A stretch of 64,000 nt of DNA from an uncultured virus (IMG/VR IMGVR_UViG_3300042860_002775) (IMGVR_UViG_3300042860_002775), one strand, 5' to 3'; shown: positions 23,201 to 33,534, numbered from the stretch's first letter. Made by a program: numbers and translations. Notes: generated from the sequence alone by a model not told the origin.

Positions 23201-23438
23201 TTCTTGCGTATTTCCCAGAAGGATTGATTGGCTCTAACGAGGCAGAATAATATGGACTACCGGATGGATAAAAAATAGATGATATTTTCTTACCTTCGTT
23301 TATCTCACAAAACTGATTGTAATATGTGCTATATCCATATGCATCAACAGAAGACGAATCAACACTTTGAACTGTCCAGTTCTTGAACGTATTGAATGGC
23401 CTTATTGTGATATCCCCTGCGGAGAACTGTTTTATCAT
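20208..23438 (-). CDS. Baseplate/tail-associated protein with FG-GAP propeller repeats and dockerin-like Ca-binding loops
   Basis: Repeated FGxSVS...LAVGAP..G.VYVY. Loops DVNQDGVFDFND and DIDGDGKINLND. C-terminal ITTIGLY..ELVAVGKL shared with 23498..24592. Confidence 0.75.
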   Translation of the reverse strand: MIKQFSAGDITIRPFNTFKNWTVQSVDSSSVDAYGYSTYYNQFCEINEGKKISSIFYPSGSPYYSASLEPINPSGKYARNIYSLTDAMFYRNKNNFTELFGVESYTTDKVTGKREVRSINDRVVSLALNHNAFGDKVRPSSVVITDNSNPHEEYRILDDGYTNLYVSGSHFSTYTTLGGVKNIYPRPYWDTSSGEFYLNLGNGIVHKIDVVSAKEYASIGMNVSYVGTSSILFDSSSVVDNFQSDNEHFGESVSSWYKYVAVGSSIDKYSLYRPSLGYAAIFKYDDNTGVHRLVKKFNCPFTDSGFFTDFDVDDTFPYSIPEFQASSSYFTDTFGQSVSVRDNFLAIGSSSGSICLSGSFPGYVFVYNRDKGGIDNWGLVNILQGATDNDYFGHSVALDDDTLAVGAPNVSGSGAVYIFRRKRYFSNGCDNIQTSSFWQTVAPQDDFCGELITESGSYTIYNERTIASGALSGSYTWVYEAVVTSSVLASGDKFGWCVSLDSGSLVVGTYKSGNGYAAVFTCSYYSASYGECPTASWGECKILRRDNTYGDLDMSLALYNNDVTSTEITTDGFGTSVSVSYPTIVVGCLSDKAFIPYSSYSGGATVLGAAYFYRYMPQCGTSSYWKSLKTFGDRQYTKNNNFGKSVSVDGNFAAVTSWSDTTGTSVDYVDGQYVLQNYSYASTSSEDTSGVLGRVTVYNYDDASDAWKLTGMIKRNKEAYKPSNIYGYSVCVCSDFLTVGAPVVHLATASATESISDPNNLLGFPSNCSGSVYVYNLSNYQTSPLIGNVFYKNGYFVLTNTSSNYYNIFTGTGSRGFDLNYQGSHTIYEHEHLISIRPGEFNYSINPTALVQSSLLFDVNQDGVFDFNDVDLIMRYLQKRKFFEEFVFDDNGIILEQDSLKDYSWWNNDILQLESEDVLLLESDEAAYLASSSFNAFTKTAFDYIENNLVNTGLLDIDGDGKINLNDGNILSLYYLQRLTPDRLNLLINEDSTRRYVKEIKEYLNAYCRSDNAKVNPYFLEYQYSSSYDPTGSYLAPFITTIGLYDGNELVAVGKLGRPVKNLIDWPLNIVVRFDT

Positions 23439-23497
23439 ATATAGATAAATATTTATAACCCGCAGTATTTGACCACATTCATGTGGTACTTTCTATA

Positions 23498-24592
23498 TCA
23501 AATGTCGATTTTAATTTTTATCAACGCTTCGTTGGTAAAGTCTTTTAGCAACGGCTGACTCAACTTAGCTACGGCAACAAGATCATTTGTTTCGTTATAC
23601 AGTCCTACAGTGGTAATATACACTTTTGGATCTGTGTAGAAATCGCTGAATCTTAGTTTGCCATAATCTGCGCTAGTAGAATCAGATATAATAAATGTAG
23701 GATTATTGCTGTAGTTATATTCCTGATTCTTTACGCGAACAAAGTAATGGCGGGCAGGCACATACTCTGTTACTCTCGCTTTCATTGACGAAATAGTCGC
23801 GCCATTTTTGATAGAAGCAAAAAGTACATTTTGCATTCGTGCAAATCCGCCGCTCCATCCATTTACTGGATCATATAAGGAATAGCCGTCTACATCGCCT
23901 ATCAAATCTCTTAACACGGTTGGATTTAGTATTACCATTCCAAGATCCGGGTACATAGATCCGATTGCTTCATAATTTCTCGTTTGTGCTGCACCATTGG
24001 CAATCGTACCCTGTATTAAATTGTAACGCTTCCCTCCAGTTTGTGTAGTAGTCGAAGGGTTGTCCTTGGAGTCGTCAATGATCGTAACTGTTCCAAGAGA
24101 TCCACTTAGTGTAATTTCAAATTGGCCCGGATCTAATCTATCTTTGTATTTTGTACTTCTAAATGCGATAGCATAAATTGCATCGGAATCAACCGACGTT
24201 TGGTTACCGAGTGCGTCAGACTGAATAAATGAGAATTTAGTATCACCAGGTGCCAATAGTAAATTTCTATATTGATTGTATATTGCCTTCGTTGGATAAA
24301 TCAGACTCCCCTGCGACGTATTGGTATCAAACGTTGAAGAACCAGATCCGGCGTAGTGTCCGTATGTCAAAGAAAAATAGATATCTGCACTGGCTGAGGT
24401 TATAGGATAATCATAAACGTTGGTATAGTATAGCCCGTTCAATGGCTCAAACGCCGATGATGACGCGACGGTCTGTGCACTGCTTGTATAAAATTGAGAC
24501 CATGCAGTTTCTCCATCACTCCATACTCCAGTTGATACTGGCTGGGATCTTCCTGCTACTATATCGGTTGCGTCAAATTGCTTAAAAATCAT
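23498..24592 (-). CDS. Baseplate/tail structural protein; its ends are paralogous to 20208..23438
   Basis: MIFKQFDATDI start and VYITTVGLYN..DLVAVAKLSQP C-terminus. Confidence 0.7.
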   Translation of the reverse strand: MIFKQFDATDIVAGRSQPVSTGVWSDGETAWSQFYTSSAQTVASSSAFEPLNGLYYTNVYDYPITSASADIYFSLTYGHYAGSGSSTFDTNTSQGSLIYPTKAIYNQYRNLLLAPGDTKFSFIQSDALGNQTSVDSDAIYAIAFRSTKYKDRLDPGQFEITLSGSLGTVTIIDDSKDNPSTTTQTGGKRYNLIQGTIANGAAQTRNYEAIGSMYPDLGMVILNPTVLRDLIGDVDGYSLYDPVNGWSGGFARMQNVLFASIKNGATISSMKARVTEYVPARHYFVRVKNQEYNYSNNPTFIISDSTSADYGKLRFSDFYTDPKVYITTVGLYNETNDLVAVAKLSQPLLKDFTNEALIKIKIDI

Positions 24593-24604
24593 ATGCGTAA
24601 ATTA

Positions 24605-25234
24605 TTAATCTCTAACATTCACCGTCACCGGTATGGATATAGATCCTCCACTTTCATTTCCAATTACGGTTAATGTTGTGTTGGTAGTTGTGGTCAGCGA
24701 AGAGTTTGGAACGAACCTGAATCTAATACCGAGTGCGACCTGCGCGGTTGTTGAAGAAACGTCTCCTATGAATGTTGGAATGGTTGCGGTTGTAGCTATT
24801 TGCAATTGCTCGCCAATTATTGTACCAACATCTTTATTAGATAAAATTGCCGTGTATCCAAGAGTAGTATTATAAACTGGGTTAGTGCTTGGAACGATAA
24901 CAATTTCTCCCTTATAGTCTTTATCTACATATATTGCACTCTGTCCAAGACTAATGACTGGTATAGATGTTTGTCCAGAAGGTAATGTGACGAGTTTATA
25001 TTTCAATACTTGCGTTTCATCGGTAAACGCTTCAAACACTGGGGTATTTCGTATAGCCAAGTCATAGTATGCGGAACCTTGTGGATGATTGGGTTGATAC
25101 AGGCTATAATCAATTTCATCGTCCGCCAGAGCATAAGAGTTAATATTCAGGCCACCTTGAGCCGCAAGTAGTTCTCTACCCTTTTTAGTAAGAACTGCAT
25201 CTACAGTGATAGTTTCGTTATTGATGTACGCCAT
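24605..25234 (-). CDS. Baseplate/tail structural protein
   Basis: VDAVLTKKGRELLA..YALADDEIDY motif, located in the structural cluster. Confidence 0.65.
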   Translation of the reverse strand: MAYINNETITVDAVLTKKGRELLAAQGGLNINSYALADDEIDYSLYQPNHPQGSAYYDLAIRNTPVFEAFTDETQVLKYKLVTLPSGQTSIPVISLGQSAIYVDKDYKGEIVIVPSTNPVYNTTLGYTAILSNKDVGTIIGEQLQIATTATIPTFIGDVSSTTAQVALGIRFRFVPNSSLTTTTNTTLTVIGNESGGSISIPVTVNVRD

Positions 25235-25285
25235 ATAGGTTTCTTTCTAAATAAATATATATGTTAAATCCTTTTTTTACTTATT

Positions 25286-28200
25286 TTATACTGTTTTTGA
25301 TATTACCGGTTCGCTATTGTCTAATAGACCAGTTTTAGGATCTACGGTAGTTTTTTTATTTTGGCTATGCTTTTTCCACTTGAAGCTGGTTTGAACTTTA
25401 GTTATAGGATTAGTTTGATAACTATTTATTTCCATGTTTGAAAACTGCTGCTTGGTGTATTTGTAGTGATTATCTCTATAGCCGGATAGTAATGTGGCAT
25501 TTGATGGATAATACTGCATGGAATATATCTTTCTATAGGACAACCCTTGTGCCAACGGACCAAATAGATCTTTTGATGTATTTTCTACGAATCGCGTAAA
25601 AATAGAAGCGGTGGGAGCCTCGGCTACAAAATATAGATTGTATACTGTTTTATCTGATACATCATTTCCTGTGTTTTCTCCGTATATATTACCTTCAAAA
25701 GTTTGGACGCCGTTATCAATATCAAAAAACCCAGAGTATATTACATTTTTTCCGGTATATAACATACTACCAGAAATTATTAATCCTGGATTAAATACAT
25801 TACCATTTACAAAAATTGAAGAAGATGGATTCTGTAAAGTATCCAACCCAGACACTGATCCGGACATTATACCAAAAATATCGTGTGGATTCAATGTTGT
25901 GTAATCGTGCCAACCTCTCAATCCAGCATCAAAGTACAAACTACCACTAAAATACGTTGGATTTGGAAGACTGGTATTAAATGAAGCGGTCATTGGATAT
26001 CTATCCAGCGTTGGCAATTTAACAAGATTTACCTTATAGTAATATTTTTCTATTGTTTCCGTTTTTCCTTCAAAGTCATTCAAAATTTCAGATTCAGTTA
26101 ATTCGCCGTATGGCTTTACATATTTTTGATATACTTGATACTTCTTACTATATTTTATTGTATCTACTCGATAGAATTCATTATCAAAAAATGTTATACC
26201 ATCTTCCGCGAATAATCTAAAACCATAAACATCATCTACAATTGGGAAAAATACCTGATTTACGTCGGAATATATAGAAGACCCTCTATATTTTACATCC
26301 AAACTTGCGCTCTTGTTGGCATCTTTTATTGCTGTGATTCTATTTACTCCATCAGCGACGCCAGTTTTTTGACCAACATCTTGTTTTACCAAAGGTTTTT
26401 GCTCAAGTTTTGGTCTTTCTAATATCGTGGGCTCAATCAGTATACCATCTACAAGTTTGGCTCTCGCGGGAATAAGTCCGCGTATGTACTTGAACATCGC
26501 CTTATCAAAGTAAAAGCGAACGATGTTCATAAAGAAACTAAAATCTATGTTTCCAAATCCCTGATCGTAATATATCTGCTTGAACTTTTCAAATTTGTCA
26601 TACGAGCGTTTATATACATCGGCTGGATCTCCAATCAAATCTCCTAGAGGAAATTCCCCGAAGAATTTTATGATTTCAGTATTTTGTGTTTCGGATAGAG
26701 AGAAGAAAATTCCAAGTTTGTTGGAATCGACGTTAGACAATTCGCTTGCTTTGTACGATGCTCTAGTTTCTGGAGACAAATTCGTGGCAAGTTCTTGCTC
26801 TATATAATTGATTTTGTTACTTCTGAACTTGTTTGACCCATAATCCGGCAAGTTCATTGTTATTCTTACGTCTTTGCGAGAAAATTGATATGGAAATAAT
26901 GGACCTTCTGCTGGATCGCAATAAGTATTTTGCACAAGTGGCCCAGAAACCTGTGGGAAATTTATGGCAGTAAATGTTGGAAAATCATTTCTAAATGAAA
27001 GATTGTTCAGTGTTATTCCGTATGGAACTGGGTCATATAAGTCCACCGGTCTTTCAAATGATATTCTATACAAATTTTCTGAAACCATTTGTTGTGGAGT
27101 TTCAAGATCATACGCATTTATATTTAGAGTATGCGCAGTAAATCTTTCCGTGGATAACGGAGATTCCCATATTCTTATATCGTCAATATTTCCGAAGAAT
27201 GCCTCTGGGTCGATACTTAAAGATGCCGTATTTTGGTTATAGTTTCCGATATACAAATAAGATCCAGATTCGAATGAATCATTATAACTTCCGCTAAAGA
27301 ATGCACTAGCAGAAACGTGAAATGTTATACGATCATCTTCGGATTTTTGAAGTAGCAAGTCGTATCTGGTTGGATATTCATTCAATGAAGCGGTCGCACC
27401 AAATAAAGATTCAATATCATTTCTTCTGAGTAGTGCTTTATATGAATTTCCATCAAATATTGGTGCTCTGGAAGTAAGTATAGACTTTACTGCTCCTGCC
27501 CCGTCATCAATACTAAAGAACAACGTTCCCCAATCTTTTCCTTTTTCACGAACTGCCCCCATAACCCATACATCGGAACAATTTAATAATCTAAATACTT
27601 TGCCATCTTCGTGCGTCTTCTTTGTATCAAACCTAAAACTAAACTCTATCGACTGTGCACTTCCTGTCCAGTCCAACTTAAAATATTCTCCGCTTCCACT
27701 AAAATATGGTTCGTACTTTACTTCTTCCACGATATACAGCGACTTGTCGGTTAAATCACTGACGTTTTGTATGCCACCATATTCTTTTATCTTGATTATA
27801 TTTTTTGGTACTCCAAAGCACGAAATTAACGCATTCAGAGACGCTTCAGTTCCTTTTGTCTTGTAGATATATGGCAATGTATTGAGTATACGTTTCCATA
27901 TTATCTGATTTCTTTGCTCTTCCGAAAACTCTCGTGCTTTTGAGTATAGCGGAGATTCTGGATCAAAATCCGATCTAGAAAATGCAGACAATATCAGCGG
28001 AAGATTGTCTTTTGATATCTCTACGTTCCACCCCAACGACTCCAGCATATCTCCCACAATGTCGGTCGATATTCCGACATTTGGCGAGCTTGATATATTA
28101 TTTTTTTCCGTATATTGTTTTGCTGCCAACGAAATATTATCAAAGAAATGTCCGACCATTCCAACAAATTTGATATAGTCTGCGTTGTTGTCGGAATCTT

Positions 28201-29968
28201 CTACCAAGAATTGAGGAAGGTTGTTAATTAATGCTCCACCATTTTCTTTGTCATATAAAGACGCAGAAGTATATCCATCCATTTCTCTGGTATGTTCATC
28301 ATACCACATTGGATTATCATACAAGAATTTTTCATAACCATCCATCCCCGCTTCTATTTCATCTATTTCATTACTTGCATCGATTTTTTGTTTTAGATAA
28401 AACGTATCATCTGGGTTTATTGTAAGTTTTTCGTCTAACTCTCTTAGTTCTTCAGTAAGTTCTTCTATTCTGTTTCTTTTACTTTCGAACGCTTGTAGTC
28501 GTAAATCAGCAGAAGAAAAGTTGATGAAGTTTGTAAAGTTTCTATAATCTGTTGTATCGATGAACCGCTGTGCCTTTCCTTCCAGCTTGCTATTCAGTTC
28601 ATTGTACAAACTTCCAGTTTCTCCGATGAGTTGTTCCATGGACAACGCTTCAGTAGAGTTTCCTTCATTCTCTATTTTGATTAGAAAATTTGGACCGCGC
28701 AAAGGTGTGGTATTTATTATCTGCCTTGAATAGTAATAAACATTTTGGACGATTGGTAAAAATGCAAAATCACAAGTAATCCACATATCTGTATTTAGTT
28801 CTACATCGTATGGCAACGGTTCGAGTAATTTCAATGCCAATACATCATAAAACCTTGAATCGGTAGATGCGATGGATTTTCTGTTGATTATTGATATAGG
28901 CTTTTTACCCGGTATATTTAAATAATATTTAAAATATCCAGACAAGTTTACGTTATACTTTTGCTCCAGCCCAAATATTATTGGATAAAATATATTGTTG
29001 TAAAATATAGTTTGTAAAAATTCTACAATCTGTGGATATGTGTCCGGTTTTTTGTTTGTTATCCGATTTAATTCCTGGTCCACAATATACAAGAACAAGC
29101 TATAATAGTAATCGCGAATAGCACCAAAAGTGTAACCAGTTTCATAGTTTTGATATAGCCAGTTTTTAAACTGGTCATAAATTCCAAGTACGTCGTTGTT
29201 TGCGTATTGTCCATTACTTCTTAAGTTTCCTTTCTTTACTCCGTAATATATGTCATTCAGGAAAGAAATAACATCAACGTCTTTTTTAAAACTGTAGTTT
29301 AATTTTAATTCATTCGACCCGCTTGGGTTCTGGGCGGCGGCAGCATTATAAATCTGGTATATTTCCGGTTTGGATAATCCAAATATTAAATCGTCCGCAA
29401 TTTCATTTACCTGTATTTGTGCGTTGGAAAATATATCATATTCAGTGTTGATAGTGGATTTAGTACCCTTTATAGTTTTGGGTATTATTCCTATCTCTGT
29501 TCTGTTCGTAGAAATACCATTTATGATAAGTTTATTTTCGCTCCCATTTTCATTGCCGATGATGTTTCTACCAAGTTCTATATAAAGTTTATAATTTCCA
29601 TTTTGTACGCCAAGATTATTTAGATTCTTGCTTACATCAAAAAACAATGATTGTGTTTCTGTACCAAGTATTACAAAGTCCGTGTTATACTTTTTGTATG
29701 AATATGTTATAAACTGGTTGAATACATCGTAATAAGATGACGTATGAAATGAATATTCTCCGGTGGAATATATCATGGACGACGTAATCAAACTATCGTC
29801 TAAGTTATATACTCCAAATTTTATATAATCTTGCTCTTTCTGCCCAAATGGGAAATTTTTGAAAGTTTTTCCATCCGTGTAAAAACTTAAATCTTCTTTG
29901 CTTAAAAATGATCCAAAACTCAAAGATGAGGTAGAAGTTACGGTATATTTTACATCTGATAAATTCAT
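25286..29968 (-). CDS. Large baseplate wedge-type protein with a LamG/ConA-like domain
   Basis: LPYIYKTKGT..L...FG wedge-like motif and a LamG-like SIEFSFRF...YIG...FFGNIDDIRIW segment. Confidence 0.65.
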   Translation of the reverse strand: MNLSDVKYTVTSTSSLSFGSFLSKEDLSFYTDGKTFKNFPFGQKEQDYIKFGVYNLDDSLITSSMIYSTGEYSFHTSSYYDVFNQFITYSYKKYNTDFVILGTETQSLFFDVSKNLNNLGVQNGNYKLYIELGRNIIGNENGSENKLIINGISTNRTEIGIIPKTIKGTKSTINTEYDIFSNAQIQVNEIADDLIFGLSKPEIYQIYNAAAAQNPSGSNELKLNYSFKKDVDVISFLNDIYYGVKKGNLRSNGQYANNDVLGIYDQFKNWLYQNYETGYTFGAIRDYYYSLFLYIVDQELNRITNKKPDTYPQIVEFLQTIFYNNIFYPIIFGLEQKYNVNLSGYFKYYLNIPGKKPISIINRKSIASTDSRFYDVLALKLLEPLPYDVELNTDMWITCDFAFLPIVQNVYYYSRQIINTTPLRGPNFLIKIENEGNSTEALSMEQLIGETGSLYNELNSKLEGKAQRFIDTTDYRNFTNFINFSSADLRLQAFESKRNRIEELTEELRELDEKLTINPDDTFYLKQKIDASNEIDEIEAGMDGYEKFLYDNPMWYDEHTREMDGYTSASLYDKENGGALINNLPQFLVEDSDNNADYIKFVGMVGHFFDNISLAAKQYTEKNNISSSPNVGISTDIVGDMLESLGWNVEISKDNLPLILSAFSRSDFDPESPLYSKAREFSEEQRNQIIWKRILNTLPYIYKTKGTEASLNALISCFGVPKNIIKIKEYGGIQNVSDLTDKSLYIVEEVKYEPYFSGSGEYFKLDWTGSAQSIEFSFRFDTKKTHEDGKVFRLLNCSDVWVMGAVREKGKDWGTLFFSIDDGAGAVKSILTSRAPIFDGNSYKALLRRNDIESLFGATASLNEYPTRYDLLLQKSEDDRITFHVSASAFFSGSYNDSFESGSYLYIGNYNQNTASLSIDPEAFFGNIDDIRIWESPLSTERFTAHTLNINAYDLETPQQMVSENLYRISFERPVDLYDPVPYGITLNNLSFRNDFPTFTAINFPQVSGPLVQNTYCDPAEGPLFPYQFSRKDVRITMNLPDYGSNKFRSNKINYIEQELATNLSPETRASYKASELSNVDSNKLGIFFSLSETQNTEIIKFFGEFPLGDLIGDPADVYKRSYDKFEKFKQIYYDQGFGNIDFSFFMNIVRFYFDKAMFKYIRGLIPARAKLVDGILIEPTILERPKLEQKPLVKQDVGQKTGVADGVNRITAIKDANKSASLDVKYRGSSIYSDVNQVFFPIVDDVYGFRLFAEDGITFFDNEFYRVDTIKYSKKYQVYQKYVKPYGELTESEILNDFEGKTETIEKYYYKVNLVKLPTLDRYPMTASFNTSLPNPTYFSGSLYFDAGLRGWHDYTTLNPHDIFGIMSGSVSGLDTLQNPSSSIFVNGNVFNPGLIISGSMLYTGKNVIYSGFFDIDNGVQTFEGNIYGENTGNDVSDKTVYNLYFVAEAPTASIFTRFVENTSKDLFGPLAQGLSYRKIYSMQYYPSNATLLSGYRDNHYKYTKQQFSNMEINSYQTNPITKVQTSFKWKKHSQNKKTTVDPKTGLLDNSEPVISKTV

Positions 29969-30186
29969 AACTCTGTAAATGTTGGGTCAATTCTAGTTTC
30001 AACCTTTACTGGCTCATATACGACATTTTTAAGTTCTATGCTTATGGAAGAACTATACAACTGGGAAGTTGTGTTTTGTATTGTGAGGTTTGTGTATTCA
30101 TCTATGTTTGGTACAATATAACCCGTGCTTAATAAGCTTTCTACATCCGCCTGATTATATCCAATTAGATTTGGGTTGGCTTTCAT
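29965..30186 (-). CDS. Small hypothetical protein, translationally coupled
   Basis: ATGA overlaps with the genes on both sides. Confidence 0.7.
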   Translation of the reverse strand: MKANPNLIGYNQADVESLLSTGYIVPNIDEYTNLTIQNTTSQLYSSSISIELKNVVYEPVKVETRIDPTFTEL

Positions 30187-31523
30187 CTAGAAATCTTGAA
30201 TGTTGTTGGAATAGTATAGGTCAATATAGACCCACTTTGTTCTGAACGTATTTCAACCGTGTAGTATCGTTCAGACGCAAGTCCGCTTGTATCAAGCATA
30301 AAATAATTTCCTGTTGGATCACAACTCAGGCGGGTAAAATCATCATATGGAAGTATTGTTTCTTCGCTTTCTGCATCCTTGATTTGGTAATAACTCGAAG
30401 ATGGTAGATAGTATGGAGACAGATAATCGGAGAATCTGTTAGTAAATGTTTTTACTGGATATCTTTGTCTTGCGGCGACATCCATACGAACAATGGAACC
30501 GAACTTGTATTCTCTTGCCATATTCTTCATATTTACTACAGCGTCACGTAGTTGTATAGCATCCGCACTACCAGTATTGATGGTAGAATCATACCAGCAT
30601 ACATCAAGATATGGAGAATATATTGTATTAGTTTCTTTGCTAAAGAACTTCAATGAGCCATAATCCACAGAACTTGACTCGTCTGCGTGCATCAATATGA
30701 AACCTTCGTTTGGTATTGCTCTAGTAAGCCAAGCATTTACTATTGGAGTAACATCCATTCTTACGTCGGATGTTTGATAATCAAAGTATTGATAGCAAGC
30801 ATATGAACCCGTGGATATTATGCTGGACGAAACTGGCGGAACATAACTGCTTGTAGGACAATCTGGGAATGGGTTGTATTGGCTTATGTTTGGATACTCG
30901 GCATATCCAGAACCAGATGCGATAGAGGCACTATCCAACCACCATACACCACCACCACTACAGTCGGTGAGAGACCCGGTATTCCACCATTTTTGTAGTT
31001 GGTCGGCACTATAAAACTTCCAGTTTGCTCCATCGGACGTTGATGCTCCATCATACTTGTATCCAGTTCCCATTGCCCAAGATTGTGAAACAGGATATGC
31101 GGCAAGCGAATAACGAACTGGTACTTCTTGCGACTCACAAATCTTCAAGTTCAAGAAAAACTTGGGGCTGGTAATTGTTCCCGCCGCTATAGATTGCGAT
31201 ATTGTGGATAAGTCAAAATGTAAAAGTGCTCGCGATAAAACAGCACCCATAGTAGTTGGTCCAGATACATCTTTATATGAACTTGATACTACTCTTGGAT
31301 CCGTAGAACCAGAATCAAAAGACGCCGACTTTAGTCCATTCAATAGTTCTATACTTGAACTGGTATAAGAAAACAATACAGGAAATGTACTTGTGCTTGA
31401 ACAACTATAGCCAGAAACTCGTTTTTCAACTTCTAATAGTTCGTCCAACCCCATATTTTTGTACATATAGGTTGGATAGTTGGTTATAAACGTGTCTTTT
31501 GTTGGATATAAAAAGTAGTGCAT
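30183..31523 (-). CDS. Structural protein (DNRLRE-like beta-sandwich)
   Basis: PTKDTFI..N.G...LEV, RALLHFDLS, DVT.IV.AW, FFSKE..PYL.V motifs. Confidence 0.6.
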   Translation of the reverse strand: MHYFLYPTKDTFITNYPTYMYKNMGLDELLEVEKRVSGYSCSSTSTFPVLFSYTSSSIELLNGLKSASFDSGSTDPRVVSSSYKDVSGPTTMGAVLSRALLHFDLSTISQSIAAGTITSPKFFLNLKICESQEVPVRYSLAAYPVSQSWAMGTGYKYDGASTSDGANWKFYSADQLQKWWNTGSLTDCSGGGVWWLDSASIASGSGYAEYPNISQYNPFPDCPTSSYVPPVSSSIISTGSYACYQYFDYQTSDVRMDVTPIVNAWLTRAIPNEGFILMHADESSSVDYGSLKFFSKETNTIYSPYLDVCWYDSTINTGSADAIQLRDAVVNMKNMAREYKFGSIVRMDVAARQRYPVKTFTNRFSDYLSPYYLPSSSYYQIKDAESEETILPYDDFTRLSCDPTGNYFMLDTSGLASERYYTVEIRSEQSGSILTYTIPTTFKISR

Positions 31524-31578
31524 TTATATATTTCTTTACTTTATAAATATAAACACCCAACAGATATTCTGTATATAT

Positions 31579-33534
31579 TTATGCTACTCTGCCTACTATA
31601 TCTTTAGTTGGAAAACGTACTTCAAACACTGACGGATCTATGGATGGATATATAACATTATCTACTGTGGCCTTTTCAGTGTCATATTCGTATTGAGAAT
31701 AATCACCATCTTTTAGTGTAAGATTTTTTACACGCAACTGAGTTACGGACTGAACGCCATCTACTTTGGCAATTTCCAGTTCCAATCTGCTAAGATTGAT
31801 TGGCTGACAGAACTTAGTATTGTTTATGTCGAAATATTGCTGCACCAGTGTTAGACAATTAGCCAAAACTTCGCGCTTATTATAGTTTTTATAAACAATA
31901 ATGCTAAAATCGACGCCAATATTGATGACGTATCCATCCAACATATTCACGCTATCTGTAAGCATTCTATACTGATTTAGGTAGTTTTTCAGATTATTGC
32001 GTACTGCTTCGTTGGTAGGAATCAATCGTTGATTATTGTCATAACACAACAAGTATAGATTGATAGCAAATGGGTTGTTTTTGTCTGGATTAACTTTGTT
32101 TACTGTACCCGGTGCGAAACTTCCAGACTGTAATGAGGATGGTTGTGCTTGTATATTAGATATGTCCAACTGAGTATCTGTTACTGCATAAACTTTGGCA
32201 ATAGACCCATATTTTGATGGCATTGCGTATGTTCTTACTTCATAATCTCCCTGTGTTACCGCTCTATTTTGCGCAGCAAAGTATGCCAGTGCATTATTAC
32301 GAATTTCATCGTTTGTTTCTGCGGCTTTTCCTCCCGTCGCTGGTATTGGGTTGTTTACTCGGACGGAACGACGTACCAGATTAGTTAAGTTGAATTCCAA
32401 CAACCCCATTTCCGTCAAATCGCCAAAAAATTCAACAGAACTTACATTTTTGATTGCGTTTGCATTTACGTTACTTTCTACTCCACCTCCAACTACATAT
32501 CTTATCGTCAACGTCGTGTTTGAAGGAGCCTGTCCAAATGCTTTAGACGATAGAAAATTTGATGGGTCATATGCAATATTTTCTGCTCTAAAAGTCGTAG
32601 GTTTATTTACAGTAAATGCGTTTGGTATAATCAACTCGTCGTCTTTTATGCTAATACCAGACCCAAATTCCAAAAACGTTGTGTTATCTGCGTCAACGCC
32701 GGTGACAAAACGTTTTGATGTACGCAAATATCTCAACAAAAATGGCGTAGTATCTCTGTACACGGATAGAGTAACATCATTTTTATAGATATTTTCATAA
32801 TCTACTGGTAGTAGATCTTGGGCAAGATAATCTGTCTCATACCATCTATTTCCATCAGAATCATACACATCTAATACTTCTATTACATTAGTATCATCCA
32901 AGTATATCTTTAAAAATGGAACAGGATCAACAACTGATACAGTTTTTGTCAATATTTGACCAGAAAATGCATCTACACTCTTTTTTAACACAAAAAATTC
33001 TGGTTGTCCCGCAGAGTTTCTTTGAAAAACAGAAACTTCGAGTGGATCGTTTTTTGTATCTACTGTAAAATCTACGGGCGAATTAGTCAAAAATGTTACG
33101 TTAGTATCGCTCGTGGTAGACATTCCTGGTTTTATGATTTGAGCATAATTTAGGTCAGGGACTATTTCTCCCGCATCATCCGTCTTTGCAGGAACCAATT
33201 GATATACATCCAATCTTGTAACCGAAGGTATTGTTGCCTTTGCTTTGTATCCTACCGATTTTGCCGCATCAATAATATTTTTTCTTTCCTCGGAATTTAC
33301 CAACATAGATTCCTTGAATTGATAATCGATGTAATATGATAATACGTCGCCAACATACGCCGCCATTTCCATAAACATCATTCCGGTGGACGCTTCACTG
33401 AAGTCTTTGTATGTATTAGGATAATATGTCTTGGCAAAATCCATTAACGACTGCTTCAGTTGAGAAAAGTCTTTGTTTAGATACTTAATATCTTTCTTAT
33501 CTGGTTTGAATGATTTTGGTGTATCTAATATCAT
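31579..33534 (-). CDS. Baseplate wedge subunit (T4 gp6/baseplate J-like)
   Basis: KDF.QLK..L, DFSEASTGMMF.E..AYVGD.LSYY, Y.VGGG..SN, GG...E...IR, QNRAVT.GDY. Confidence 0.9.
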   Translation of the reverse strand: MILDTPKSFKPDKKDIKYLNKDFSQLKQSLMDFAKTYYPNTYKDFSEASTGMMFMEMAAYVGDVLSYYIDYQFKESMLVNSEERKNIIDAAKSVGYKAKATIPSVTRLDVYQLVPAKTDDAGEIVPDLNYAQIIKPGMSTTSDTNVTFLTNSPVDFTVDTKNDPLEVSVFQRNSAGQPEFFVLKKSVDAFSGQILTKTVSVVDPVPFLKIYLDDTNVIEVLDVYDSDGNRWYETDYLAQDLLPVDYENIYKNDVTLSVYRDTTPFLLRYLRTSKRFVTGVDADNTTFLEFGSGISIKDDELIIPNAFTVNKPTTFRAENIAYDPSNFLSSKAFGQAPSNTTLTIRYVVGGGVESNVNANAIKNVSSVEFFGDLTEMGLLEFNLTNLVRRSVRVNNPIPATGGKAAETNDEIRNNALAYFAAQNRAVTQGDYEVRTYAMPSKYGSIAKVYAVTDTQLDISNIQAQPSSLQSGSFAPGTVNKVNPDKNNPFAINLYLLCYDNNQRLIPTNEAVRNNLKNYLNQYRMLTDSVNMLDGYVINIGVDFSIIVYKNYNKREVLANCLTLVQQYFDINNTKFCQPINLSRLELEIAKVDGVQSVTQLRVKNLTLKDGDYSQYEYDTEKATVDNVIYPSIDPSVFEVRFPTKDIVGRVA

